Source: Schmidtea nova (taxonomy: Eukaryota). Taken from it: 64,000 nt of DNA. The stretch lies in assembly GCA_044892505.1 (NCBI GenBank), contig CM097884.1, positions 125,736,001 to 125,800,000 of the forward strand, in the 5' to 3' direction. The notes beneath the pieces are model-generated. The model saw only the letters and a program-made list of their open reading frames with translations, had not been told where the DNA came from and ran no database searches. Both the position numbers and the translations under genes were made by a program. The stretch's first letter is position 1. Every line of letters begins with the position of its first letter. Below are positions 38,451-51,440 of the stretch, one piece after another.

Positions 38451-39404
38451 GGAAACACCAGACAAAAAGTTATTTGTTACTACAACTCATTATAAAATAA
38501 ATATTTTAAAAACCTTCATGTTTTTTAACACTGATTTAAATTTCGTGCGCATTTCTAGAAACAAATATGTACGTATATCAAGAACCATTTATATATTTAT
38601 ATTAAATTAAACTTATTTTCGGGTTTTTTGGTTGTTAATCGTACAAAAATGAAAATTATTGATATAAATAAAAAAAGATCAAAGGCAAAACCAAAAGATA
38701 ATTATGATAATTTATACTATTTATTAAAAGATTTGTAGGGCAAATTATTTAATATCATAATTATCTTTTTTTTTCACCTTTGATCTTTTTTTAATATTAA
38801 TATCAATAATTCTCATAATGTTGATCTATAGTCTTACATTATGGGAATTATTGATAAGTTATTTAATATCATTATAATCACTTAACGCTTTTGACTTTTT
38901 CATTTCTATTTTAGAAATTTGATTTTTTATAGAGTAGATCAAGATCAAGTTTTTGGTACAGCATTTTTTAAATATATATTGAAAAAGACCGTGCCGAAAA
39001 ATTGTGTACTTTTTAAAATGAAATTTGATCTATATTCTTTATAAAAGAAATGAATATTTAACAGATTAAGTATAACCCATTAAAAATGATAGACATTTGT
39101 TTAAATATCAATTAAAATACAATTCTCTGATGCAGTTAATTTCAATTTTTCTTCTTCTATTGTTCTAACTAATATCCAACAACTACTAATAGCAATATTA
39201 ATATCGGTCACAAAGAGTCTGTACGAAGAGTTTTATATTTTGAGCCATTGGAGCAGCAATTTCAACGTTAGATATAAATTAATTATTTTTTCTAATTTAT
39301 TATAATATTAAATCATTTTTATAAAATTTATTTATTACTTATTATAATCAGTAGATAATCTTCAGCATTACAGAGCCACTCACATACATGCTCATATTCT
39401 AGTG

Positions 39405-39472
<68 letters not shown>

Positions 39473-39657
39473 GCTACAACAAAATTTATAATTTGCAGGA
39501 AAGAAATTAAGTAAATACCTCGAGCAGATATACACATTCATTTATTACGTACTTTTGTCATTCAGGCAATCATTAGAGAACATTCAGTCATACAATTTAG
39601 CATAAATATAATTTGCTTTTTAACTCATTCTACATATTCATGTTAATTATGTTGTAG

Positions 39658-39787
39658 AATCAAAAAACCTTTAAAACCAGAATACGGTGGAATTTATACA
39701 TGCAGAATCGAAAATGAATATGGATCTGGGGGATGCAGATTTGATGTCACAATTTCTGGGAGAACCAATAGATGGCTTCGGTTTTAA
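39658..39787 (+). CDS. Host multi-Ig gene exon (end of Ig domain 9), possibly terminal
   Basis: IKKPLKPEYGGIYTCRIENEYGSGGCRFDVTIS; stop at 39785-39787 and AATAAA near 39854. Confidence 0.7.
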
Positions 39788-39898
39788 ACTTTAAAATTTC
39801 TGATTGGATAATTATTTTTAGTAAATAGTTGTTTACATAGGTTTTTACTATTGAATAAAGTTTTATTAATATTCTTTTTCTTTAATTGTGAAAATAAA

Positions 39899-40542
39899 CT
39901 GGGTCGGCTTTAGCTGGAAGCGGTGGATGAAAAGAATCCGGGTGCCTCTTGTAAAGGATCATTAAAAATAGAATTTCAGTATCTATTTAATATGTCAAAA
40001 AAAATTTTTAAAAATTTTTTTAAAGAAAATAAATAAATTTTTTTGGAAAAACTACAATCCCACTAGTTTTCAAAGTGTTTAAGAATTGTTTAGTTATTTC
40101 GCAAAAAATATCAATTATTCATGTACAAATTTACTTTGAAATAACGTACTATATTCAGTTTAGTTATTTCGATTAAAAAATTAATGCTATACAAATTTCC
40201 TAAAAATTATTTTAAAAGTCTACCAATTATATTCAGTTTTCAATCTGTTCAATAAGTAGAAACATATTTCGCTAATTAAAAACAACTTAATATTAAAATT
40301 TTATAATAATAAAGTGTTCAGTACATGTTTAGTTATTTTGCATCATTGTACGGTAGGTATTATTTAATTATTTTTATCTTTACTTCTGATTTAGAAGTAA
40401 TTTTTAAAAGTTTTTATTTAAATTTAACATTGCCAATTGAATTACGTTAAGTCCAAATAAACCAATAAAATAATACTCCTACAAAATTGGCGTCTAAAAT
40501 GAGTTTCACACCGGGGCGTTATTATTGCTAGAGCCGGCCCTG
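39899..40542. mobile_element. hAT-type MITE
   Basis: Imperfect 16-bp TIR (CTGGGTCGGCTTTAGC / GCTAGAGCCGGCCCTG) and exact 8-bp TSD AAAATAAA. Confidence 0.85.
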
Positions 40543-40745
40543 AAAATAAATTATAATTATCAGATGAAAACAATTTGTACTCACTATCAGTCTTATTTGG
40601 AAATTTGTAAAATTATTTATTTTAAAATTTATTTTGTATTTTATTCTCATCATCAATTGAAAATTAGTTTTGTCTATAGATGTGGATTTTATTTTATCAA
40701 TTAGTGGTCTTCTCTTTTAATGAGAAGTAATAATATAAATGCATA

Positions 40746-42370
40746 TGTAGTGCCTCCGATAATAAATATTTATAACAATATTTAATTATTTAAATAAGAA
40801 GATTGTTATATAATCGAAATATATCGCGTTTATGTTGAATTTACTGAGTTGGCGTTTTTCTATAATTTAATTATTTATTAAAATAAAATAACTTGTTTCA
40901 ATAACAAGTTATTTTAGAAAGAGATTTTTTCAAAATGCAAGATAATAAAAAGTGGATTTTGAAAAAGCAACAAAATGATAAATAATTTGTATTTTAATAT
41001 AAATATATTTTATCTAATTATTGTAGTTTTTTCAATAACGCTACAATTGGTGTCAGAAGTGGGATAATTGTAGCGTTATTGAAAAAACTACAATAATTAG
41101 ATAAAATAAATTTATATTAAAATACAAATTATTTATCATTTTGTTGCTTTTTGAAAATCCACTTTTTATTATCTTGCATTTTGAAAAAATCTCTTTCTAA
41201 AATAACTTGTTATTAAAACAAGTTATTTAGTTTAATAAATAATTAAATATTGTGATAAATATTTATTATCGGAGGCTCTACAATGGCCCCCGCCGAAGTA
41301 AGCGGAGCGAATGGGGTACTATTGGTGCTGGATGCTGTTGATGTTGGTGCTGTAGATTTTGGGGCTGTAGACTTTGGTGCTATAGATGCGGATGCTGTAA
41401 ATGCTGGTGCTGTAGATTTTGGTGCTGCAGATACTGGTGCAATAGATGCTGGTGCTGTAGATTCTGGTGCAATAGATGCTGGTGCTGCAGATACTGATGC
41501 TGTAAATGCTGGTGCTGTAGATTCTGGTGCAATAGATACTTATGCTGTAAATGCTGGTGCTGTAGATTCTGGTGCTGTTGGTGCTGCAGATACTGGTGCA
41601 ATAGATGCTGGTGCAATAGATGCTGGTGCTGTAGATTCTGGTGCAATAGATGCTGGTGCTGTAGATTCTGGTGCAATAGATGTTGGTGCTGTAGATTCTG
41701 GTGCAATAGATGCTGGTGCAATAGATGCTGGTGCTGATGGTGTTGGTGCTGTAGATTCTGGTGCAATAGATGCTGGTGCTGTTGGTGCTGCAGATACTGA
41801 TGCTGTAAATGCTGGTGCTGTAGATTCTGGTGCAATAGATGCTGGTGATGTTGGTGTTGGTGCTGCAAATACTGGTGCAATAGATGCTGGTGCTGTTGGT
41901 GCTGCAGATACTGGTGCTGTAGATTCTGGTGCAATAGATGCTGTTGCTGTAGATTCTGTTGCAATAGATGCTGTTACTGTAGATTCTGGTGCAATAGATT
42001 CTGGTGCAATAGATGCTGGTGCTGCAGATACTGATGCTGTAAATGCTGGTGCTGTGGATGTAAATGTTAGTGCTGTTGGTGCTGTAGGTACTAGTGCTGT
42101 TGGTATTATTTCAGTAGATGCTGGTGCTGTTGGTGTTGATACTGGTGCTGTCACTTCTAACACCAATTGTAGCATTATTGAAAAAACTACAATAATTAGA
42201 TAAAATATATTTATATTAAAATACAAATTATTTTTCATTTTTGTTGCTTTTTGAAAATCTACTTTTCATTATCTTGCATTTTGAAAATATTTCTTTCTAA
42301 AATAACAAGTTATTTTATTTTAATAAATAATTAAAAATTGTGATAAATATTTATTATCGGAGGCACTACA
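40746..42370. mobile_element. Composite LTR insertion: LTR(+)+PBS joined tail-to-tail to a complete non-autonomous LTR element(-)
   Basis: LTR(+) 40746-41045, PBS TGGTGTCAGAAGTGGGAT 41048-41065, LTR(-) 41069-41282, repeat interior, PBS(-) near 42150-42165, LTR(-) 42168-42370. GCATA flanks both outer ends. Confidence 0.85.
41300..42150 (-). repeat. Codon-periodic tandem-repeat interior encoding an Ala/Pro/Ser/Thr-rich ORF (starts 42238, premature stop near 41540)
   Basis: Units such as GCACCAGCATCTATT / GCACCAGAATCTACA translate as APASIAPESTAP. Confidence 0.8.
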
Positions 42371-42749
42371 GCATATAATAATGTTTTTCCAAAATCTCTT
42401 TTAAAAAAACTTTTAAAAAAATGTTTTCCATAAAACTTTATTTTAATATATAAAATTAGCAAGAATAGTTATAAAATATATGCTATGAATTTGGTGTTAT
42501 ATTTTTATGGTTATATCAGAAATCTATAACTGATTAAAAATATAATAATAATACCTTTATGTGATTCCATCGATTAAATAAATAATAATTAAATAAGATG
42601 AAAATAATTATGCCAAAACTTTATTAAATTAAATTAAATACTTCTCTCAATTCTTAATATTTAAACAACATATATTTTCAAATATAATTAATGCATATAA
42701 TCAATTCATTAATTATATCACATCCTTCTCGCTGGCAACCGAACGGTAC

Positions 42750-45700
42750 TTAGGTTTCTGATTTCTCGTCGTCCGTAATGGGTACCTTCTCATCGGTTTT
42801 AAATTGGTCTTCGGTTCCAAATACTAGTGTTGGTGTTAGCTTTTCTCTATAGGAACCTACCTCGTCATTTACTGCTTTTATTTGATTATAATTTCTTCTT
42901 ATTCTTTTTTTAGCTTTGTCACTATATAATACACAGGTCCATTTATCCATTATTTATTCTATTATGAATGGCCCTATATACTTCTTCTCGAAACCCCTTC
43001 TGTCTTCATTCTTTATCATTACCTTATCTCCTACTATCAATTCTTTGTGACATCGATTCTGATTATATCTTGCGACGATACACTCTCTTTGTCTATCCAT
43101 ATTTTCCCTTACTTTCTTGTGAATATCTGATAAATTTAGTTGCAGCTGTTGGACGTAATCGTTAGTCTTGAAAATGTCTCGTATTAACCTTTATTGCTGA
43201 TATGGGTAATCTTACTTGATTTCCAAATGCTATTTCATATGGTGAATAATTCGTTGACTTTTGCATTGTAGTTCTTAATCCGAACTCTATTACCGGTAAT
43301 ACTACACTCCAGTCTTTGCTCTTCTTCTCTTCTAACACCGCTGCAATCATACTTTTTGCAGTTTCAAATAGTCCTTCTACCAGTCCATCACTCTGTGGGT
43401 AGTAAAGTGAGGTAAATGTCTTCCTAATTCCTAATACTTTACAGTATTCGGCAAACAATCTTGATTGGAAATTACTTCCACAATCTGAGTGTATTTGTTC
43501 TGGTGCTCCAAACTTTGAAATCCACTGCGACCACACCGCTTCTGCAATATTCTCTGTCTCGATATTTCTCATTGGTATTAAACTTATATATTTCGAAAAT
43601 TAATCGATTATATCCAGTATATACCTAAATCCTTTCTGTGTTGTCTTGAACAGTCCTGTTATGTCGATTGCTATTATCTGAAAAGGTTTTTCTCTAATTA
43701 TGCTTTGAAATGCTGCCCTTGTTCTACCGTTTCTGTTTTTGTTATGTGCGCATTCTTGACATTTTCCTATTACTTCTGATATATCAGACTCCATATTAGG
43801 CCAATAATATTCATTCTTTATTATTCGATAAGTTTTTTCAATTCCGGAATGTCCTAGAAAACTGTGAAATTGTATTATTAATTTCTTCCTCTTTAATTTC
43901 GGGAGTATCAATCTGTATTCGTTATCCTCCTGGATATAAAGTAGATCACCCTTTATCCTTAGTATTTTTCTGTGTGCCCATATTGTTTGTAATTCTCTGA
44001 TGCCTCTTCTTATCTCTTCTACGTTTCTGTCATTTTTAGAATCTGAACTTTTCATCCTTTTAATTATGGTTTGTATGTCGACATCATCGTCTTGTCCCCA
44101 ATCATGTTCATGTACTTTCACATAACATCGTCGTTTTCTGTCCTTTTTACATCTATTAATTCATCGTATACTTTTACGTTTCGACACTTCATCGGTTCTT
44201 TATGCTTAAGTAAGCATTGTTCACATGGAGGTAACCTGGAAATCGCATCAGCATTTATGTGTTCTTCGCCCTTTCTATATTCGACAACCATGTCGTAGAC
44301 TTCTAGTTCAGCTCTCCAAACACAGTATTGTGATGTGTTTGGATTATCCCATTTCAATAACCATTTCAGCGCTTGGTGGTCCGTTCTCACTAAAAACTTT
44401 GATCCCATCAAATAATGTTTTAATTTCAGCACAAACGTATATATTGCCAATAGCTCTTTTCTTGTTATACAATATTTTCTCTGACTCTTACTCATGGTTT
44501 TTGAGGCATAACACAAAACTCTTTCTTCTCCATTTTGTCTCTGTGACAAAACGGCTCCCATATTATTGTACGAAGCGTCCGTGTCCAGTATATATTCGCC
44601 TTTCTTATTTGGCAAGGCCAACACTGGTGGTGTTGACAGTCTGCTTTTAAGTTCGTAAAATGCTCCTTTTCTATCTTCATTCCACACAAAATTATTTTCA
44701 CTCTTTAACATTGAACTCAATTTTTCTGATGTCGCTGCATAATTTTTTATAAATCTACTGTAATAATTGCAAAATCCTAAGAAGGTCTGCAATTCTTTTT
44801 TACATGTTGGCATTGTCCATGATCGTATACTCTCAATTTTCTCTGGGTCAGTTTTTACCCCATTCTCATTGATGACATGTCCTAAATAATTAACTTCTGT
44901 TTTTAAAAATGAACACTTAGCTGGTGATAATTTCAGTCCTGACTCTTTAATTCGGCGTAATACAGTGTTCAATCTTTGATTATGTTCTTCGATGGTTCTC
45001 CCAAATATAAGAACATCATCAAAATATACGACACACTTAATCCAATTTTCATTTCTCAAGACCATGTTCATAAGCTTCTGAAAAGTGGCTGGTGCGGAAC
45101 ACAATCCAAATGGCATTCGTGTAAATTCGAATTGTCCATACTTTGTGCTAAAAGCTGCCTTCTCTATGTCACCTTCTTTTATTGGTACTTGGTAGTAACC
45201 ACTTGTTAGATCTAATGTAGAGAAAACCTTTGCTCCTCCAAGTGTATCATAAAGATCTTTCACAGCTGGTATTGGAAAAATTGGTCTTGCCGTCTTTGCT
45301 TTCAGTGCCCTATAATCGACACACATTCTAATATCACTATTCTTTTTTCTTACGACTACAATCGGAAAATTCCACGCTGACTTGCTCGGTCTCACAATTC
45401 CAGCTCTTAATAAATCTTGTACCATGTGGTCAACCTCTTCCTCCATACCTAATGGTATCTTTCTCGGTTTAAAAGCAATTGGCCGGGCGTTTCCAGTGTC
45501 AATTTCATGATGTACTGATGTAATTTTCCCAATATCCATTTTATATTTACTAAAAACATCCTTATTTTCTTCTATTGTTTTCATTAACTATTTTCTTTCG
45601 CTATATTTAATAGTACGATCTAAAGAATCTTCTATACTTTGTAAAATATTATCGACTGCGGTGATTTCTCTTCGCTGTTCTGATGATGACATACTTTCAA

Positions 45701-45941
45701 TAGTAGCCTTTTCTGCCGTTTCATCGTAAAATCTTTCTAAAAAACCTAAAGTTATTCCTGCATGCAACTGTTTAATACCATCATCCATCATATCGATTTT
45801 TACTATTACAAATCCTTCATCAACTTTAAGCACGTAATCACTTATCAAAATTTCCCTCTCTGCCATTTTGACTCTTTCACCATTAAACACACAACTTTGA
45901 TTAAGATTCTCTAATCTATTTTTCTGCTTATCTATTGACAT
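42750..45941 (-). pseudogene. pol: Gypsy-3 Pol (RT, RNase H, integrase); no protease motif found
   Basis: MCVDYRAL, MPFGLCSAPATFQK, YFDD, LDTDAS, HSFLGH...CQEC, AIDITG, HSDCGSNF, DGLVE. Closely related to Gypsy-2 Pol. Confidence 0.92.
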
Positions 45942-46377
45942 TTCTGATAAAATACTCTCCTACTTTTTCAATCTGTACTTTACTTGATACAATAACTCTA
46001 ATAATCCTGATAACCGTCTCCCCAAGTCTCGTCTCTCCCTTCAACCGTATTACGACTCTCTAATACAGTTGGGATAAAATCGATCATGATAAATGATTTT
46101 CTATTGAAAAACGCCAATTTTTTTTTCATCCAAACTTTTTCATGCCACATCAGAGTTTCCGTTGAAGTCATTTGAGATTTTTCATTAGCTGATACGATTA
46201 CATTTGATGGAAAGGAACCTGATGGAATTGTTTTTCGTCGAAAAATCACATAAGCTGGTAATTTGCCGCTATTTGTTTGCCGTAGTATTTACATGCTTGT
46301 CACCTTCAGAATCGGTCTTTGATCCTCTCGTTGAACCTTCTTCTTCCTCTTTATCTTGTTCTTGAAAATATCTGAAT

Positions 46378-47302
46378 TTATTCCTCGTGTAAATATCTAG
46401 CGAAATGACCAACACCACATTCGTAACATTTAATCGCATTCATCCTATTTGTACCTATTCTGCAATTCGCTGCTATATGTCTCCTTTTTCCACATTTATA
46501 GCACGTCCTTGTATCAATGTTTCCACTGTCATCTTTTTTGAGGCAAAATCTTGCTATATGCCCTTCGTTGTTACATTTAAAACATGTAACCTTTTGCTGA
46601 TAGGAAGAAATGTCTTCTCTTACTTCTCTCTGATTTTTATTCGGTTTTCTCAATTGTTCTTTCCTTAATTCTTCAATAATCTTGTTCAACCTGTCAATTT
46701 CTCTTTTTAAGAAATTTATTGTCCTTTCGTCCGTTGTAGCCAGTTTCCTAACTTGATTATACTCGTTTTCCTTTTCTTTTACGCCCACGTGCTCCATTTT
46801 AATCTCTTCTATAGCTTCTTCCAACGTTTTTTGCTCTCTGATCTTCAAGGCTACCGAGAGAGTTTGGTTTCTCACACCTTCTATAAAGGCATGTATCATA
46901 ATTTTTTCTTTTTCTCCTTCGTAACTTAGACATCGCATTCTTACTCTTTGCAAAATCTACCACAGTCTCATCTCTTTCCTGTCTGGTGTCGTCGAGGATA
47001 TCTATAATTATTGAGGTCTTTGACCTTTTAACTTCTACGATTTTGATAATCTTTTCTTCGTATCAGTCTATAGTTCTGGTTGTGCTAATGTCTCCTAAGC
47101 ATTCGATCTCTTTTACTATTTCTTCGTCAAAGTATTTTAAAAATACTTTAATTTTTTCTTCTTCCGTTACCAAGTTGTGTTTGGCAAACTGATCAATAAA
47201 ACTTTTGACGAGAATTAAATGATCTTCAATTTTAACGCTGGTTCCTCGCTTCTTAAATGTAATCAATTTTGATAACTTATCTTTAAATAAGTATTCCTGC
47301 AA
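46378..47302 (-). pseudogene. gag: Gypsy-3 Gag with three CCHC knuckles, frameshifted
   Basis: CFKCNNEGHIARFC, CYKCGKRRHIAANC, CYECGVGH. Confidence 0.85.
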
Positions 47303-47976
47303 GCATTCTTTTTCAGTTCGTAACGCAATGTTATATTTTTATGGTTATATCTGAAATCTATAACTGATTAAAAATATAATAATAATACCTTTATGTGATT
47401 CCAACGATTAAATAAATAATAATTAAATAAGATAACAATAATTATTCCAAAACTTTATTAAATTAAATTCAATTAAATACTTCTCTCAACTCTTAATATT
47501 TAAACAACATATATTTTCAAATATAATTAATGCATATAATCAATTCATTAATTATATCACACAGAGGGCCTGGTTTCCAAGTTTAATAAATTGATCCAAA
47601 ATATTTTTGTGAAAAGTTTGAGAACCACTGCATTAATACGTGTATAATTATCTTATTTTTATTTAAAAACAATGTGAATGTATTTGATAAATAATAATTA
47701 TAAATTTTATTTTTCAAACTATGGAAAAAAGCCTGAAATAATATATTTAATTTTATATTCATTTTTATTTTTAATTTTTGTAGTGCCTCCGTCATATATA
47801 TAATTATTTATATTTTAAATAATTTAATATATTATATATACATATGTATATTAAATTAAATTATTGAGATATATAGAAAGGTTGTTTTAATTAACAAGAG
47901 AGATAGAAAAGGAGTTTTTTGAAAATTAAATAACAAGTAGAATTATAATCGATAACGCAGAAGAATTCGAATTTTT

Positions 47977-48060
47977 AGCCAAGAAGCATTTTAACCAAGA
48001 AGCATTTTAACCAAGAAGCATTTTTAACCAAGAAGCATTTTAACCAAGAAGCATTTAACC
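47977..48060. repeat. About 17-bp tandem repeat (AACCAAGAAGCATTTT) x5, downstream of an LTR-like start TGTAGTGCCTCCG at 47779
   Basis: Direct observation. Confidence 0.85.
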
Positions 48061-48588
48061 TGGAAGATATCTTTTGAATAAATATTTATTCCTTACTTCG
48101 TTTTATTAACTTTTGTTTTAGGGGTATCGACAACGAAAGTCGCAACCCCAATGATTTTAATTTATTTATCTTGACTCGTATTTGAAAATGTTTATTATAG
48201 AAAAATATATCAAACTAAAACGATATGTTTAAATGTATAAATTATGGCGACTCTAGACTTTCTTTTTCTAAATAATTTAAAATTAATTAATTTATTTTAA
48301 TTTTATAATATGTTAATAATTTTTAATTTTATTTACAAAAAGTTGAAGAACCTCTGGCCTCGTGTATGTGTACAATTTTTTCATTTTTTATTTTATAATT
48401 CAGTTCACCATTTTTACTCTAAATAATTTATATTACTAAAAGTAATTAATGAATTCAATTAATTCTAAAAAATAGAAAAATCTTGCATAAATTAAGCTTC
48501 AGCGAAACGACCTGAAAGGTTAGAATACATCCACAAAATGATATAAAACCAAAGACGAAATAAGACTTCCATTAAAAATATGAATTTA

Positions 48589-48927
48589 TTAGTAGCTATT
48601 TAAATTCAATGGTGGCACATCGCTTCCATCTGTGTCTGAATTCAATGAATCCCCTAAACTTTCAGTAACTTCGATTCCCTTGCTGACACTCATTACAACT
48701 TTCTGTCTTTCGTTTGGCGATGAAGTCTGCTCATATATTACATAGAAATCATCATTGGGATTGCCGGAAATCTCATTTTCTGCAACTGTTTCCCCAAGAA
48801 TCCCAGAGAAAAGTATTGGATGTTGACAACAGAAACAGCATCGTTGGATATAATAGGAAATGTTATAACAACAAATACGATTGACGCATGGTAACACGTT
48901 ACAAAAATTATAGAATTCTAGCCACAT
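48589..48927 (-). CDS. Hypothetical terminal exon, Cys-rich then acidic/Ser-rich
   Basis: Open 112-codon frame after a TTGCAG acceptor, elevated GC. No recognisable domain. Confidence 0.3.
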   Translation of the reverse strand: MWLEFYNFCNVLPCVNRICCYNISYYIQRCCFCCQHPILFSGILGETVAENEISGNPNDDFYVIYEQTSSPNERQKVVMSVSKGIEVTESLGDSLNSDTDGSDVPPLNLNSY

Positions 48928-50789
48928 CTGCAATAATTTTGAAATATGCGATAAAGCTATTGAAAATGTGTTATGATGAACTTGAACCGTTTAATATACC
49001 AAATTGAGCTCAAATGTATTTTTTTAATAATGATTAGCATGTTGAGATCTAAAATATAAATACTCTTGAACTGATTACGTGATTAAACGATTCAACTATC
49101 AGTTGCAATTGCAATTTATTTTTATCTTAATTTTACAATGTCTTATAAAAAGTTATTAAATGAAAAGACAAGTTGTTTTTGCAATCTTTATTTGGTGAAA
49201 ATTTTCGTTTATAAAAAAATTCTACCCCAAAGCGCATAAATTACGGGCAAGGTAGACAACAATTAGGTTTACCTATAATAACATTCTAGACTATATATAT
49301 AGAAAAAATGCATATTTACTTTCAGATAAGGACAAAAATTAGGTGTATAGTGAAAATTTACGTATGGAAGAGCAGTAAAATAAATTAGGTAAAAAACACA
49401 TACAAAACACACAAGAACCCTATAATAAAGAATACATACATTTGAACATAAATTAAGTACAAATCTGCATATTACAAGAATTTAAAATTTTTAAAAAATG
49501 ATTTTTGAAATTATTTCGAATGTTATTAACGATCCAACATGCAGAAGAATCTTATTGAAAGACATAAATTATCATTTAAATAAAATTTACACTAAAACAA
49601 ATATTTTCAAAATATTTCCCTTTTAAAAAAGTTCTCAAATTTTTATAAAAAAGCATAATTTTATTTAATTTAAAAATTAAAATACCATTATAATATTTAA
49701 ATATTTAAAATATAACAAAATCTTACTAAATTACTGCCAATTGCACTTAATATATGTTTCATTCGAATGTAATAAGCGACAGCTGGTAAATTCAATCTAA
49801 TGCAGAAATCAATAGAAATATTCTCTGTGTTCTTCTGTTTTGTATAAAATAAATGATCTGTTTTTTTCGTTTAAAGTAAATCTGGTTTTAAAAGAAATAT
49901 AAATTCTATAATATATAATATAAAACATTACTATCGTCTATTTTCCGTGAACCTGAATTAACTTAGAGGTTTTGTAAGCGAATAAATGAAGATTTGCTGA
50001 AGGAAGCAATTGTAAAATTATAGCAAAAATTTATCGACGAAAAAAATAAAACGAATATATACCAAGGTTTTTCAATTATATTTACTGAAGAACTAGAATG
50101 TATAAAATGGAAATCGTCAAGGGCTCGTGATCCTATTCCCAGCTTGGAAGATCATCAATATCTATACAATACGTTTCCTTGTAGTAACTTTAATAACCCG
50201 GAGAACTTTTTATTCTAGGTCCTAACCTATGTCAATATAGACGAAACGGTGTTATAAACATTATCATTTAAACTTTTGCAATAAATAATTATGATTGGTT
50301 TTCTGAGTGAAATACACACATTTCAAAAAGTTCCGATGACCACAAGCATTGTAACTTCAGCTACCTTATCCCATCATATTCAACAAGTTAACATCATGTT
50401 ATTAGTAACTGTTATTGGATATTTTGTTACGGCATTTATGCAAATAAACAGAAAAGTTATAACACTGCAAAATTTAATTAATGAAAACATTTATATTTCT
50501 TTTATCATTGTTCAGTAAGCCTTAACTGTTTGTCTTGATGACATTCATACTTGAAAGCCAGAATCACAAGTGAAAATCAAACCGGACATGGTGAGTATAA
50601 ATGTTTCAACTTTTATAGCATTCAGGAACTGCTCTTGTTGAATAATTTGGGCCAAACCTTGATAGTACTACCTTCATGGAAATCTATCTTCAGAAATGGA
50701 ATCAAAATTTTTGTATTAGTCATGTCTTTGTTCTATTATGACTCATAATTTTTTTCGAAAATATTTCTAAGCCTGTTTAAGAAAGACAT

Positions 50790-51440
50790 TTGTGTTCGCT
50801 AGCGTCTACACCCATCAAAATTATGTTAGCTAGTGTCTACACCCATTAAACACTATGTTAGCTAGCGTTTACTCCCATCAAAAAAAATATTTTATGTACG
50901 TTTAACAAAGATTATTTTCGAAAAATTTTCAATGTTGAAACAACAAAGAAACTAACAAAGAAATTTTTCAAAGATTTTCTATGTCTGTTTAACAAAGACA
51001 TGTTTTGCATTTGCATTGCATTTCCATTACACNNNNNNNNNNNNNNNNNNNNNNNNNNNNNNNNNNNNNNNNNNNNNNNNNNNNNNNNNNNNNNNNNNNN
51101 NNNNNNNNNNNNNNNNNNNNNNNNNNNNNNNNNNNNNNNNNNNNNNNNNNNNNNNNNNNNNNNNGTTAATCGGGCTTGCAATGTCTTTGTTAACTTGCAT
51201 CTACATTGAAATGTCTTTGTTAACTTGTACATGGATTGAATTGTCTTTTTTAATATTGTACATGGATTACATTGTCAAAATTATTATTATTATTGTTATT
51301 ATTTTTACCTTGCATGTATGTCTTTGTTAATTTGACTTGTAGCTGCAATGTCTTTGTTAATTTATCTTGTCTTCTTTGTTAAGTTGCATTGACATTGCAA
51401 TGTATTTGTTAACTTGCATCTGCATTGCAATGTCTTTGAT
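50790..51440. repeat. Minisatellites (about 32-bp TGTTAGCTAG... unit and about 30-bp AATGTCTTTGTTAACTTGCATCTGCATTGC unit)
   Basis: Direct observation; orientation flips across the gap at 51033-51164. Confidence 0.85.

Larger units (their letters stand above)
42495..47561 (-). mobile_element. Ty3/Gypsy LTR retrotransposon 3, decayed
   Basis: LTRs 42495-42722 and 47329-47561 are near-identical. PBS-like TTGCGTTACGAAC and PPT AGCGAGAAGGA on the minus strand. No matching TSD. Confidence 0.93.

Noticed and set aside
39500-39590. Extra Ig exon linking 36595 to 39658
   Set aside because: The acceptor looks plausible, but no convincing donor gives the required phase and there is no Ig-like pattern. 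Left unresolved.
41283-42203. Plus-strand GAVDSGAIDA ORF and the Gln/His-rich ORF 41380-41964 as real proteins
   Set aside because: Shadow frames of a codon-periodic repeat that happens to lack stops. The element's orientation (PBS/PPT) is minus.
50291-50748. ORFs near 50.3-50.7 kb as a gene
   Set aside because: Splice-like signals exist on both strands, but I could not build a consistent open reading or recognise a domain.
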